A stretch of DNA of 64,000 nucleotides from Dehalococcoidia bacterium (GCA_035574915.1 DATLYJ010000078.1:6460-70459); one strand, 5' to 3'. Numbered from the stretch's first letter, positions 18,912 through 28,315 are shown. The notes: a model not told the origin generated them from the letters alone. Translations and numbers: made by a program.

Positions 18912-19130
18912 GGGGCTATTGTAGGTCAGGCGTCAGAGCAGCAAGCAGCGGTCAGGGAACGGCGGGGGCCAGACGCGGGCGGTCAGGGGCAGCCCGGGCG
19001 TCCGGCGGCCGGGTCTTGCCGCGCGGTCCGCGTCTCACCGGGTCTGGTGGGTCCTGCCTCGGCTTGATCGAGGACGACACGAGGCTAGCTTATCGGGCAG
19101 GAAAGGGCTCTAGGGGCCTCTGGCGCGGAG

Positions 19131-19631
19131 CTAGCGCGTGGGGTAGACAGCGCCGCCGTGCTCCTTCTCCAGGTGCTCTCTCAGTTCGGCGACGCCGGCA
19201 CGGTAGCGCTGGAGCTTTGCCTCGAGGTCAGCCTTCATCTCGATGAGCGCGTTCACCTTGGCGCCGATGATCTGGGACTGACGCTCCGTGACCTCGATGG
19301 CCTTCACCAGGCGCGCGATGCGGGCCTCGGCATCGAGGTCCGGGCGGTACGTGGCGCGCAGCTCGGTCTTGGTCTCCTCCGCCTCGACCATTTCCTTGAT
19401 CTCGGCCAGCGTGAGGCCGAGGAGGGACTGCAGGCGCTTTATCTGCTCGACGCGGCCGACGTCCTCTTCCGAGTAGAGGCGGAAACCGCCCTCCATCCGC
19501 GAAGGCGGCTTGAGCAGGCCGCGCTCCTCGTAGAAGCGCAGGGTACGCTGGGTCACGCCGGTACGGTCCGCGACCTCCCCGATCTGGAGGTACGGTTCGT
19601 TACGCGGCCGCTCCTTTTGCTCCGTAGCCAT
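19131..19631 (-). CDS. MerR-family transcriptional regulator
   Basis: HTH LQIGEVADRTGVTQRTLRFYEERGLL plus a long coiled-coil C-terminus. An alternative ATG lies at 19652. Confidence 0.8.
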   Translation of the reverse strand: MATEQKERPRNEPYLQIGEVADRTGVTQRTLRFYEERGLLKPPSRMEGGFRLYSEEDVGRVEQIKRLQSLLGLTLAEIKEMVEAEETKTELRATYRPDLDAEARIARLVKAIEVTERQSQIIGAKVNALIEMKADLEAKLQRYRAGVAELREHLEKEHGGAVYPTR

Positions 19632-19657
19632 CAAGTCGATGGTAAGCAACATTTACG

Positions 19658-19681
19658 CTAACGTCAATGTTCGCGGCCTCG
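19658..19681. promoter_or_regulatory. inverted repeat AACATT-N12-AATGTT (inner ACG-N4-CGT) in the MerR / carboxyltransferase divergent region; candidate MerR operator
   Basis: Read directly: gcAACATTtACGctaaCGTcAATGTTcg, immediately upstream of the MerR gene. Confidence 0.35.
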
Positions 19682-19802
19682 CGCGTGGGGACGACGGTCG
19701 ACCGATGGGCCGGGCCAAGTCGCTGCGCCCGCCTCGACGAGAGGCTATGCTGCGCGTGCAAGTGCCCGGGCGACCCCGCGCGCCCCGCGGAGGCTGGAAC
19801 CG

Positions 19803-21503
19803 ATGACGAACTGGGACCCTGAACTGGAAGAGCTGCGGCTCAAGCGCGCTTTGAGCCGGCGCATGGGCGGCCGCGAAGGCATCGAACGGCAGCACTCGCA
19901 GGGGCGGCTCACGGTGCGAGAACGCATGGACCTCCTGCTGGACCCGGGGACGTTCGAGGAGCTCTTCACGGCCTTCGGCGAAAGTCAGTACGACGAAGAA
20001 GGCCGCCTCACGGCGTTCCGGCCCGGCAACGTAATCGCCGGCTACGGCAAGATCGACGGCCGCAGCGTCGCCGTGCGCGGCGACGACTTCACGATCCGCG
20101 GTGGGGCGAGCGACAGTGCCGCCGCCGGGAAGCGCAGCATCGAACAGATGGCAGGCGGCCAGCGCATCCCGCTTGTCCTGCTCCTGGAAGGCGCCGGGGG
20201 TAGCATATCGACTGTCGCCCAGGACTACCGGGTGGAGGGGGCGCCAGAGCGCGCCGGGCCCCAGCTACACCGGGTGCAGGACCTCGAAGGAAACCTCGTG
20301 GCCCTTGGCCCGTCCGGCGTGCCCGGGTCGATCAACGTGCCCAGGGACTGGGACGGGTCCAACATCGTGCCGATGGCCGCGAAGAACGACATCGCGACCG
20401 TCCTGGCGCGGGGCAACCTGCTGGCCCAGGTGCCGGTAGTCGCCGCAGTGCTCGGGTCCTGCGCCGGCTGGATCGCCATCGCCGCGGTCGAGAGCCATTT
20501 CAGCGTGATGCTGAAGGACACCAGCGAGCTCTTCGTGGGCGGCCCGCCCTTGATCAAGCAAGCGATGGGCATTGACATCTCCAAGCAGGAACTCGGGAAC
20601 CACAAGGTCCATGCCCAGCTCACCGGCGTGGTCAACAACGTCGCCGAAAGCGAGGAGGACGCCTTCCAGCAGATACGACGCTTCCTGTCCTACCTGCCGT
20701 CGAATGTCTGGCAGTTGCCGCCCCGCCAGACACCCTCAGATGACCCTAACCGGCGCGAAGAGTCGCTGGCCACGGCCATACCGCGTGACCGCCGTCTGAC
20801 CTACGACATCCGCCGCATCATCCGCGCCGTGGTCGACAAGGACTCGGCGTTCGAGATCTCGCCCCTCTTCGGCAGGTCCCTGGTGACAATGTTCGCCCGG
20901 ATCGACGGCTTCCCGGTGGCGGTGATCGCGAACGACTGCAGGCAGGACGGCGGCGCGCAAACGGCGACGGCCTGCCAGAAGTTCGAGCGCTTCGTGGACC
21001 TGGCAGACACCTTCCACCTGCCCATCGTCTACCTCTGTGACGTACCGGGGTTCAACATCGGGCCGGAGTCGGAGAGAGAAGGCACGCTGCGCTGGGCGCT
21101 GCGGGCGAACATGGCCGTGCGCGAGGCGACGGTGCCGTACTGCACGGTGTTGCTGCGGCGCTTTTACGGCGTCGCCCAGGGCGGGTCCAAGCGCGGCGGC
21201 AACGGCTTCAACATCCGCTACGCCTGGCCCTCGGCCGAGTCCGGCTCCATCCCGGCCGCGGGCGGCGTGGCCGCGGCGTACCGCCGGCTCCTGCAGGAGG
21301 ACCCGGAGGCGGGAGAGAAGCTGCGGGTGCAGCTGGAGGAGCGCCTGAACCGCATGGCGTCCGTGATGCGGCGCACTAACCTGGCCGACGAGATCATCGA
21401 CCCGCGAGACACCCGGCCGGCGTTGGTGGACTTCGTCCGGCGCTCGCAAGCGGTCAACGCGACCCAGCTCGGCCCGAAGCTGCGCGTGGGCATGCGCCCT
21501 TAG
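19803..21503 (+). CDS. acyl-CoA carboxylase carboxyltransferase (beta) subunit family protein
   Basis: PccB/AccD5-like N- and C-terminal CT domains (VRERMDLLLDPGTFEEL..., ...IVYLCDVPGFNIGPE...). There is an extra segment of about 45 aa after the GGSIS motif relative to canonical PccB. Confidence 0.8.
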   Translation: MTNWDPELEELRLKRALSRRMGGREGIERQHSQGRLTVRERMDLLLDPGTFEELFTAFGESQYDEEGRLTAFRPGNVIAGYGKIDGRSVAVRGDDFTIRGGASDSAAAGKRSIEQMAGGQRIPLVLLLEGAGGSISTVAQDYRVEGAPERAGPQLHRVQDLEGNLVALGPSGVPGSINVPRDWDGSNIVPMAAKNDIATVLARGNLLAQVPVVAAVLGSCAGWIAIAAVESHFSVMLKDTSELFVGGPPLIKQAMGIDISKQELGNHKVHAQLTGVVNNVAESEEDAFQQIRRFLSYLPSNVWQLPPRQTPSDDPNRREESLATAIPRDRRLTYDIRRIIRAVVDKDSAFEISPLFGRSLVTMFARIDGFPVAVIANDCRQDGGAQTATACQKFERFVDLADTFHLPIVYLCDVPGFNIGPESEREGTLRWALRANMAVREATVPYCTVLLRRFYGVAQGGSKRGGNGFNIRYAWPSAESGSIPAAGGVAAAYRRLLQEDPEAGEKLRVQLEERLNRMASVMRRTNLADEIIDPRDTRPALVDFVRRSQAVNATQLGPKLRVGMRP

Positions 21504-21510
21504 CCCCAGG

Positions 21511-21532
21511 CCGCACGACCTCCCGTGCGGCG
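21511..21532 (+). terminator. 8-bp perfect hairpin after the carboxyltransferase gene
   Basis: GCCGCACG-acctcc-CGTGCGGC; no U-tract. Confidence 0.3.
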
Positions 21533-21634
21533 CCGCGATGCCCAGCGGCTCGGCCCGCTTAGCGTCACTCCTGATGCCTCAGGGCACTTCCACCGCCCTG
21601 CGATACGCCGGATCATGGCCAGAGGAGGCGGACC

Positions 21635-22747
21635 ATGACCTTCCTTGCACTCATCCTCAAGAACCTCTTCCGCCAGCGCATCCGCACGGGCCTTACGGTG
21701 CTGAGCATCAGTCTCGGTATCACGACGGTGGTGACCCTGGGCGTCGTTACGAACAGCCTGAAGAGCACGGCGGGCGAGATCATCCGCTTCGGCGGAGCAG
21801 ACTTCATGGTCGCGCAGGAGGGCGCCGCCGACCTCAGCTTCTCCGTGGTTGCCGAGGACGACGTCGCTGCGCTCGCTCGCGTGCCCGGCGTTGCCCGCGC
21901 CCAGCCGGCGCTCGTGCACATTACGCGGCTCGGGTCCAACCCCTTCTTCTTCATGGTCGGCCTGCGGCCCGAGGACGTGGCCGCCAGCCCGCCGGCCCTG
22001 CGCTCCGGTACGGTGCTCAGCGGCGCGCCGGACGAAGTGATGCTGGGGCACAGGGCGGCGCGAGACCTCGGCGTCGATGTCGGGGATAGCGTGACGATTG
22101 ACCAGAGGGAGCTCAGGGTTGTCGGCATCTATGTGACCGGTTCCCTGTACGAAGACGGTGGCGCTTACGCGCCGCTTGCCACCGTGCAGGACATAGCGGC
22201 GAAGACGGGCGTGGTCACCGCGGTCTTCGTCACGGCCGCGCCGGGCGCCGACCCGGCAGACCTGGCAGACGAGGTCGAAGAGCGCTTCCCGAACCTCGCC
22301 ACCATCGCCGACGTGTCCGAGTACGGGAAGGTGGACCAGGGCATCACCCTACTCGACGCAGCCAACCTGGCAATCTCGATCCTGGCAGTCGGTATCGGCG
22401 CCATCGGCGTCATGAACACGATGGTGATGTCCGTGTTCGAGCGGACGCGGGAGATAGGCATCCTGCGGGCGGTCGGCTGGAGCGGCAGCCGCATCCTGCG
22501 CATGGTCCTGAGCGAATCCGTCTTTCTCTGCCTGATCGCGGCGGCTGTGGGGTCGGCGGTAGCGGTCGCGGCGACCCAGGCGCTCCTCCTGGTCGATACC
22601 ATCCGCAACCTGCTCGAGCCGCAGTACACGCTCTCGGTGTTCCTGCGCGCCCTGGTCGTGGCCGTGGCCGTGGCGCTGGCCGGCGCCGCCTATCCAGCAT
22701 TCCGGGCGGTGCGTCTCACCCCGATGGAGGCGCTCCGCTATGAGTGA
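21635..22747 (+). CDS. ABC transporter permease (FtsX/MacB-like)
   Basis: N-terminal TM, large extracytoplasmic loop, three C-terminal TMs; overlaps the ATPase gene by 8 nt. Confidence 0.8.
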   Translation: MTFLALILKNLFRQRIRTGLTVLSISLGITTVVTLGVVTNSLKSTAGEIIRFGGADFMVAQEGAADLSFSVVAEDDVAALARVPGVARAQPALVHITRLGSNPFFFMVGLRPEDVAASPPALRSGTVLSGAPDEVMLGHRAARDLGVDVGDSVTIDQRELRVVGIYVTGSLYEDGGAYAPLATVQDIAAKTGVVTAVFVTAAPGADPADLADEVEERFPNLATIADVSEYGKVDQGITLLDAANLAISILAVGIGAIGVMNTMVMSVFERTREIGILRAVGWSGSRILRMVLSESVFLCLIAAAVGSAVAVAATQALLLVDTIRNLLEPQYTLSVFLRALVVAVAVALAGAAYPAFRAVRLTPMEALRYE

Positions 22748-23450
22748 TGCGCGAAGGATCGTGGAGATGCGAGGCGTGGTGAAGACGTTCGAGGACGGAC
22801 GCGTTCGCGCCCTGGACGGCGTCGACCTCGAAGTCTACGCCGGGGAGTGGGTGGCCGTGGTCGGGCCTTCCGGCTGCGGAAAGTCGACGCTGCTGCACCT
22901 GATCGCTGCCCTGGACCGCCCGGACTCGGGCACGATCATCGTCAATGGCGAGGACCTCGGTAAGGAGAGGGACCTTTCTCGTCACCGCGCCCGCGAAGTG
23001 GGGCTGGTGTTCCAGTTGGACAACCTGCTGCCCACGCTGACGGCGAGCGAGAACGTGCAGGTACCAATGTTCGAGGCGGGGATCAGCGCCAGCGAACGGC
23101 AGGCCCGCGCCCTGAACCTTCTTGACCTTGTCGGCCTGGCGGACAAGGCGCACAATCGGCCGAGCCAGCTGTCAGGCGGGGAACGTCAGCGCGTTGCGAT
23201 CGCCCGGGCGCTCGCGAACGAGCCTGGCATCCTCCTCGCCGACGAGCCGACGGGCCGCCTCGACTCCACAAGCGGCCGCCGCATCCTCGACCTCCTCGAC
23301 GACCTGCGCCGGAAACGCGGACTCACGATCATCCTCGTAACTCACGACCCCGCGGTGGCGGCGCGAAGCGACCGCGTCGTGCGCATGCTCGACGGGCGGG
23401 TGGTGGGAGAGGAACGGCTGCAGGCGGCGCCGGGCGCGGCGGCGTCCTGA
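22740..23450 (+). CDS. ABC transporter ATP-binding protein (LolD/MacB-type)
   Basis: Walker A GPSGCGKST, signature LSGGERQRVAIARAL, Walker B ILLADEPTG. Confidence 0.9.
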   Translation: MSDARRIVEMRGVVKTFEDGRVRALDGVDLEVYAGEWVAVVGPSGCGKSTLLHLIAALDRPDSGTIIVNGEDLGKERDLSRHRAREVGLVFQLDNLLPTLTASENVQVPMFEAGISASERQARALNLLDLVGLADKAHNRPSQLSGGERQRVAIARALANEPGILLADEPTGRLDSTSGRRILDLLDDLRRKRGLTIILVTHDPAVAARSDRVVRMLDGRVVGEERLQAAPGAAAS

Positions 23451-23465
23451 GGCGTGCGCCAGGCC

Positions 23466-24719
23466 TCAGCGCCGCGCTGGCCGCTCGCGGAACACGGCGT
23501 GGATTAACGGCAGGGGCGGCGGCCGTTCGGCCGCGGGCAACGCCTCGGCCTCCGCGGCCAGGCGGTCGCGGATGCGGTAGAGCACATCGCCGAAAACGGT
23601 CTCGTGATACAACCAGCGGTTCAGCCGCATGGCGCCTGGCAGGGCAGCGCCGCTGGGTTGGGCAGCGGCGGCCTCCAGGTAATACGCCTTCATGTCCTCC
23701 ACCAGCAAGCGCAGGGCCGCGCGCAGTGGCACATCGCCGCCGATGGGGGCTCCGGGCGTCTCGCCCGCGGCAACGGCTGCAAGGTACGATGCGGCCTCGC
23801 CGATGCGGGAGGCGGCGAGGCCGCTGGCGCCGAAGGTCGTGCGGCGAAGTCGGCGCACCGACTCCTCGTACCAGGGCATGAGGAGCCGGACCTCAGCCTC
23901 CAGCGCCTGCTTCAGCGAGGCGGCCGCGTCCGCGTGCGCCTGCAATGGAGGCAGGGGCAGGACGCAGCTCCAGCCGTCCTCCTGCGCCGTCGCATCGGTC
24001 GGGGAGTCGAACGGGTAGTCCTCCAGCACCGGCCCTGACGCGCATTCGAAGAGGCGCAGGAGGGCGCGCAGGACACCCAGTTGGAAGTCGCGCTGGTTCG
24101 GTGGTCCAAAGGGGCGCCCGAAGGGAAAGGAGACCCAGAGGGCGCGCGGCGGGTGGATGAACTCGGTGTGCTCACGCACGAGGCTGATCCCGGCAGTAGG
24201 GACGCCTTCGGCCTCGATGTAGTGTGCGAGCCCGCCGACGGCGCGCGTGCAGTTGGGTCAGACGGGTACGAGCACGGCGCCTGTGACGGCGTCGCGGCGC
24301 AACAATCCGCCTACCTGGCGGCCGGCGTCTTCCAGGCGCGTGGGGTCGGTCGCGCCCATGAAGGAGTAGTGCCAGGCGGCTACGGAGCCGATCTCGCCGC
24401 GCCGCGCAAGCTCCTTGAGGAGGTCGAGGGGAAAGACGACTTTGACGTCTTGCTGGAAGCCGGTGCGGTCGAAGTTGACGCTGCCGTGGCTCATGACGAG
24501 GCTGGCCGCATCGACCTCCCCGGGGATGATGCGGTAGTCTGTCGCGCCGCCGCTGAATCGGGCGTCCTCCTTCCGGTGCAGTCCGGCGGTGCTCACGATG
24601 GCGACGCGCATCTCACGCAAGGGCGGGGCAGGAGCCCAGGGCGTCGACTCGAAGGCGGGCAGCGGCAGGCGCCGGTAGGCGTCCGCAAGCTCGGGCGGCA
24701 GGTCGCTCAGCCTCACCAT
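23466..24719 (-). CDS. GrdB/PrdB-family (glycine/betaine/sarcosine/D-proline reductase protein B-like) putative selenoprotein with in-frame TGA at 24258..24260
   Basis: ORFs 24258..24719 and 23466..24179 are in the same frame, separated only by a TGA with no other stop. Read-through gives ...AVTGAVLVPV-U-PNCTRAVGGLAHYIEAEGVPTAGISLVREH..., matching my recollection of the GrdB Sec motif (...VITST-U-GTCTRCGATM...AGIPVVHV). Confidence 0.6.
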
Positions 24720-25186
24720 CGCAGCCCCGCTACTATAACGGCATTTCGGGCCAGGCCACCGCCTCGTTCAGGGGGATGCCAGTTGTCTAGTCCACCACGA
24801 AAGGAGGCAGGTGTCCGGCATCCGACGAACGAGTACAGAAAAATTGCTCCCTCTCAATCCCCTGTGCTATCCTGCGATGCGTGCCTATGACCTAGTGGTT
24901 CGGCGGAACGGTCCGCAGGCAGAAGTCGACAGGCACTAATCCAGGCCATCTGGTGGCTGCGGCGAGGCTCCAAGGGGAAAAGCGAGCCCGCCGGTTCCTT
25001 CGCAGGAAGGATGCCCCTCCTCCTCTCCCAGGACGGACGGGGAACGCTACTGGGGGCCTTTTATCGCGCCCATTTTCGGGCGTGTCCCTGAGGAGGGGGC
25101 AACCTTATCGGCAGGAGCCCGGCCGCAGACCAAGGCCAGGCCGGGCACAAGGTCGCCTGGGGCGGCAACAAGGAAAGGGGTGAGCT

Positions 25187-25621
25187 ATGCACTTGACTGT
25201 TGACGGCTTCGGTGGGGACCGGGAGCTGTTGAGCAACGAGTCGTTGGTGCGCTCGCTCCTCGACCGGCTCCCCGGCGAGATCAACATGACCAAGATCACC
25301 GAGCCTCACGTCTTTCGCTATGTGGGCGACAAGGCGGAGGACTGGGGCATCTCGGGTTTCGTCCTGATCGCCGAAAGTCACATCGCCGTCCACACGTTCC
25401 CGGAGCGGGGCCTGATCTGGGCCGACGTCTTTTCGTGCAAGGCCTTCGACGGCGACGGCGCCGTGATCAGCCTCGCCCAGGCATTCAAGCTGGACTCGGT
25501 CAGGGTCGAGACGCACGAGCGCGGCCTGGAGTATCCGCACAGCATCGCCGAGGCGAAGCCCGTGGCGATGTATGAGCGGCGGCTTGTGACCGGCGCGCTG
25601 GTCGGCGCCGACTCCCACTAG
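25187..25621 (+). CDS. speH: S-adenosylmethionine decarboxylase proenzyme (pyruvoyl-dependent, class 1 SpeH type)
   Basis: Self-cleavage/active-site motif FVLIAESHIAVHTFPE; about 144 aa. Confidence 0.85.
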   Translation: MHLTVDGFGGDRELLSNESLVRSLLDRLPGEINMTKITEPHVFRYVGDKAEDWGISGFVLIAESHIAVHTFPERGLIWADVFSCKAFDGDGAVISLAQAFKLDSVRVETHERGLEYPHSIAEAKPVAMYERRLVTGALVGADSH

Positions 25622-25696
25622 GACCAGACGCGGCCGGTCGCGCCCCGCGCATCCCCGGCCGCTCCGTCCCCGCAGCCGCACGTCCAGGAGTCTGAC

Positions 25697-26725
25697 ATGT
25701 CAGAGTTCTTGCACACTCACGTCCGTCCCTTCGAGGTCCGGCCGGGGCAGACACCTTCGCAGCTCATGCACGGGCTGCACGGCACTTCCTTCCAGGCCCG
25801 CAACCTCGGCACCGCCACGCGCATCTGGAAGCGCATGATGGAGGACGAGATCACCATCTTCCTCGGCATCGCCGGGGCGATGGTCCCCGCCGGCATGCGC
25901 AACGTGATCCGGTTCCTCATCGAGAACCGGATGGTCGACGTCATCGTGAGCACGGGCGCGAACATGTTCCACGATGTCTACGAGACTCTCGGCAAGCCTC
26001 ACTGGCAGACGGTGCCGGGAGGGCACGACATTGACCTCGGCAAGCACCGCATCAACCGCTTCTACGACGTCCTCGCGCCGGAGAGCGACTTCGCCGACGC
26101 CGAAGAGTTCGTCGTCGCCTTCGCGCAGACGCTGGAGGAGAACAAGCCGATCTCTACGCGCGAGTACTTCCGCCGTCTGGGCGAGGCCCTGATCCCGATG
26201 GCGAGCGAGGACGGCATCCTGACTGCCGCGGCAAAGCACGGCGTGCCGATCTACAGCCCTGCCCTCGGCGACAGCGTCCACGGCCTCGCCATCGCCACCG
26301 GGCGCGTGCGCAGCGGCCACCGCCTGGTGTTCGACATCATCGGCGACGTGCTCGAGACGTCGCACCTGGCGCTGACGGCGAAGGGTACGGGCGTGATTTA
26401 CATCGGCGGCGGGACGCCGAAGAACTTCATCCAGCAGGCAGAGGTGGCGGCCTACATCTACGCCCGCGAGCTTCCCGGCCACAAGTACGGCATCCAGGTG
26501 ACGATGGACCAGCCACAATGGGGCGGGCTCTCCGGCTGCACCTTCGAAGAAGCCCAGTCCTGGCGCAAGATCGCCCCGGATGCCGACTTCGTGACCGTGA
26601 ACGTCGAGGCCTCCGTCGCGGTGCCGCTGATCGTGAGCGCGCTGGCGGACGAACTGGGTGAGAAGCTGCGCGACCGCAAGCTCCCCGAGCTGGACTTTGG
26701 CAGCAGCACCCGCGGCGAACGGTAG
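25697..26725 (+). CDS. deoxyhypusine synthase-like protein (DHS family; possible homospermidine-synthase-like)
   Basis: 342 aa with DHS-family motifs (IFLGIAGAMVPAGMR, STGANMFHD, YIGGGTPKNF) and an NAD-binding fold. Confidence 0.8.
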   Translation: MSEFLHTHVRPFEVRPGQTPSQLMHGLHGTSFQARNLGTATRIWKRMMEDEITIFLGIAGAMVPAGMRNVIRFLIENRMVDVIVSTGANMFHDVYETLGKPHWQTVPGGHDIDLGKHRINRFYDVLAPESDFADAEEFVVAFAQTLEENKPISTREYFRRLGEALIPMASEDGILTAAAKHGVPIYSPALGDSVHGLAIATGRVRSGHRLVFDIIGDVLETSHLALTAKGTGVIYIGGGTPKNFIQQAEVAAYIYARELPGHKYGIQVTMDQPQWGGLSGCTFEEAQSWRKIAPDADFVTVNVEASVAVPLIVSALADELGEKLRDRKLPELDFGSSTRGER

Positions 26726-26792
26726 ACGTTATTATACTGTTGGCCGTAAAAGTATAGTAACTGCGAGAACTAATAAAGGGAGCTTTGGTAGC

Positions 26793-28001
26793 TTGAACCG
26801 TAAGGCCTTTGCGGCACCAGCGGGTCGTCTAGTCTGGACCCCTGGCGGTTACTGGGCGTTTGTGCCGGAGCGCTTGAGCCGGCAAACTTCGCTGGATCCC
26901 GACGTCATCTATCTCCTTTCGGAGGCTGATCGCCACCTGGGCGAACTTGCGGGAATGGCAAGGGTGCTGCCGAACCCGCAACTGCTGATTGCGCCGCTAA
27001 GCCAGCGCGAGGCCGTGCTGTCCTCCAGAATCGAAGGCACTCAGGCCTCGCTCTCAGACCTCGCTGTATTCGAAGCTGCCGGCCGCGCGATCCCGGGTCT
27101 GAGCTCGGACGTGGTGGAGGTGCTGAACTACAGGCGTGCAATGTCCTTCGGCCTGGAGCGTCTCGCGGAACTCCCACTTAGCCTGCGGCTCGTGAGAGAG
27201 CTGCATGCCCATCTGATGAGCGGCGTACGTGGACAGGAAAAGGCGCCGGGAGAGTTCCGGAGCTCACAGAATTGGATCGGGTCGCCCGGCAGCAGTCTGG
27301 AAGAAGCCACCTATGTACCGCCACCACACACGGAGATGCATGACTGCCTGGCTGACTGGGAGCGCTTCCTGCACGAGGAGACCGTTACTCCGCCGCTCAT
27401 TCGTTGTGCCCAGATGCACTATCAATTTGAAGCAATACACCCGTTCCTGGATGGAAACGGTAGAGTGGGCCGGCTGCTGATAACACTCTTCCTGTGCACC
27501 CTCGGCAGGCTCCCGAGCCCCGCCCTCTACCTCAGCCCGTACTTCGAGCGTCACCGCACCGAGTACTACGACCACCTGCAAGCAGTAAGCGAGCGCAGCG
27601 AGTGGCAGAACTGGTTCAGATTCTTCGCCAGGGGCGTCATAATACAGTCCCGTGACGCCCTTGCCCGCTTCGACCGATTACTCAAGCTCTACGAGGACTC
27701 GCGTCGCCAGTTGCTATCGTTTAGGGCCGCACCCTCGGTGCTTCGGTTACTGGAAGCTCTCTTCACCAGTCCCGCGGTTACCGTAGCATCCGCGGCTGCC
27801 ACGTTGGGCGTGACGCCGGTAAGCGCCACTCACGCCATCGACACCCTTATCGAGCGTGGGATCCTTCAGGAGATAACTGGGCGCCGAAGGGATCGCGTGT
27901 TCTTGGCGCGGACCATACTGCGAGCCATTGAAGATCCGACCGAGGTCGAACGAGAAGACGCTAATGGGCCTACGCTATTTAAGCCAGGAGCCTCCCCCTA
28001 A
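26793..28001 (+). CDS. Fic-family protein (class II: N-terminal inhibitory helix, C-terminal winged HTH)
   Basis: Fic motif HPFLDGNGRVGR; inhibitory motif SSRIEGT (S-x-x-x-E-G); C-terminal wHTH. TTG start with an AAAGGGA RBS. The gene sits in a local low-GC patch. Confidence 0.75.
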   Translation: MNRKAFAAPAGRLVWTPGGYWAFVPERLSRQTSLDPDVIYLLSEADRHLGELAGMARVLPNPQLLIAPLSQREAVLSSRIEGTQASLSDLAVFEAAGRAIPGLSSDVVEVLNYRRAMSFGLERLAELPLSLRLVRELHAHLMSGVRGQEKAPGEFRSSQNWIGSPGSSLEEATYVPPPHTEMHDCLADWERFLHEETVTPPLIRCAQMHYQFEAIHPFLDGNGRVGRLLITLFLCTLGRLPSPALYLSPYFERHRTEYYDHLQAVSERSEWQNWFRFFARGVIIQSRDALARFDRLLKLYEDSRRQLLSFRAAPSVLRLLEALFTSPAVTVASAAATLGVTPVSATHAIDTLIERGILQEITGRRRDRVFLARTILRAIEDPTEVEREDANGPTLFKPGASP

Positions 28002-28090
28002 AGGAGTGCGGCCCGGTATGAAGGCGCGGTTTATTTTCGTCGAACCTGACGCGCTAACCTGCTGACCCGCTAAAGTGCTGATCTGCTGAC

Positions 28091-28315
28091 ATGCCAATCC
28101 ACGCCTGCCGCACCACTCGCATCTACTGCCTCGAGGACTGCCCGCCGGGGCGGCGCACCAAGCCCGAGAACCGCCTCTCCTTCCCCTCACGCGCCGAGGC
28201 TGAGGCCGCGGGCTTTCGCGCCTGTCGAGTCTGCCGCCCGGACGTCTACGAGGGGACCTGGCAGCCGAAGGCATCGCGGGCTGCGGTCCAGGGCCCGGGC
28301 CACCTGGCGAAGTAG
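28091..28315 (+). CDS. small Ada-like zinc-binding domain protein
   Basis: 74 aa; YCLEDCPP...AGFRACRVCRP resembles the Cys4 Zn site of the Ada N-terminal domain. Confidence 0.5.
   Translation: MPIHACRTTRIYCLEDCPPGRRTKPENRLSFPSRAEAEAAGFRACRVCRPDVYEGTWQPKASRAAVQGPGHLAK

Noticed and set aside
17342-19067. Long plus-strand ORFs (255 aa and 402 aa) across prmA and antisense to the M23 peptidase
   Set aside because: Poly-Arg/Gly/Pro translations characteristic of spurious high-GC ORFs.
21635-23450. ABC exporter with permease gene preceding the ATPase gene
   Set aside because: The order is unusual but well known for MacB/LolCDE-like systems, and there is nothing else distinctive.
24840-24960. Possible tRNA in the speH leader (GGTTCGG-like T-loop fragment)
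   Set aside because: No cloverleaf can be drawn: no acceptor stem and no CCA-proximal pairing. No tRNA, rRNA or CRISPR array was seen anywhere in the window.
24953-25183. 76-aa ORF in the speH leader
   Set aside because: Arg/Gly/Pro-rich with no RBS; better interpreted as untranslated structured leader.
28020-28090. Imperfect tandem repeat (TGACGCGCTAACCTGC / TGACCCGCTAAAGTGC) and a 15-codon mini-ORF upstream of the Ada-like gene
   Set aside because: Only 11 of 16 positions are identical and it occurs as a single pair. This is too weak to call a regulatory repeat.
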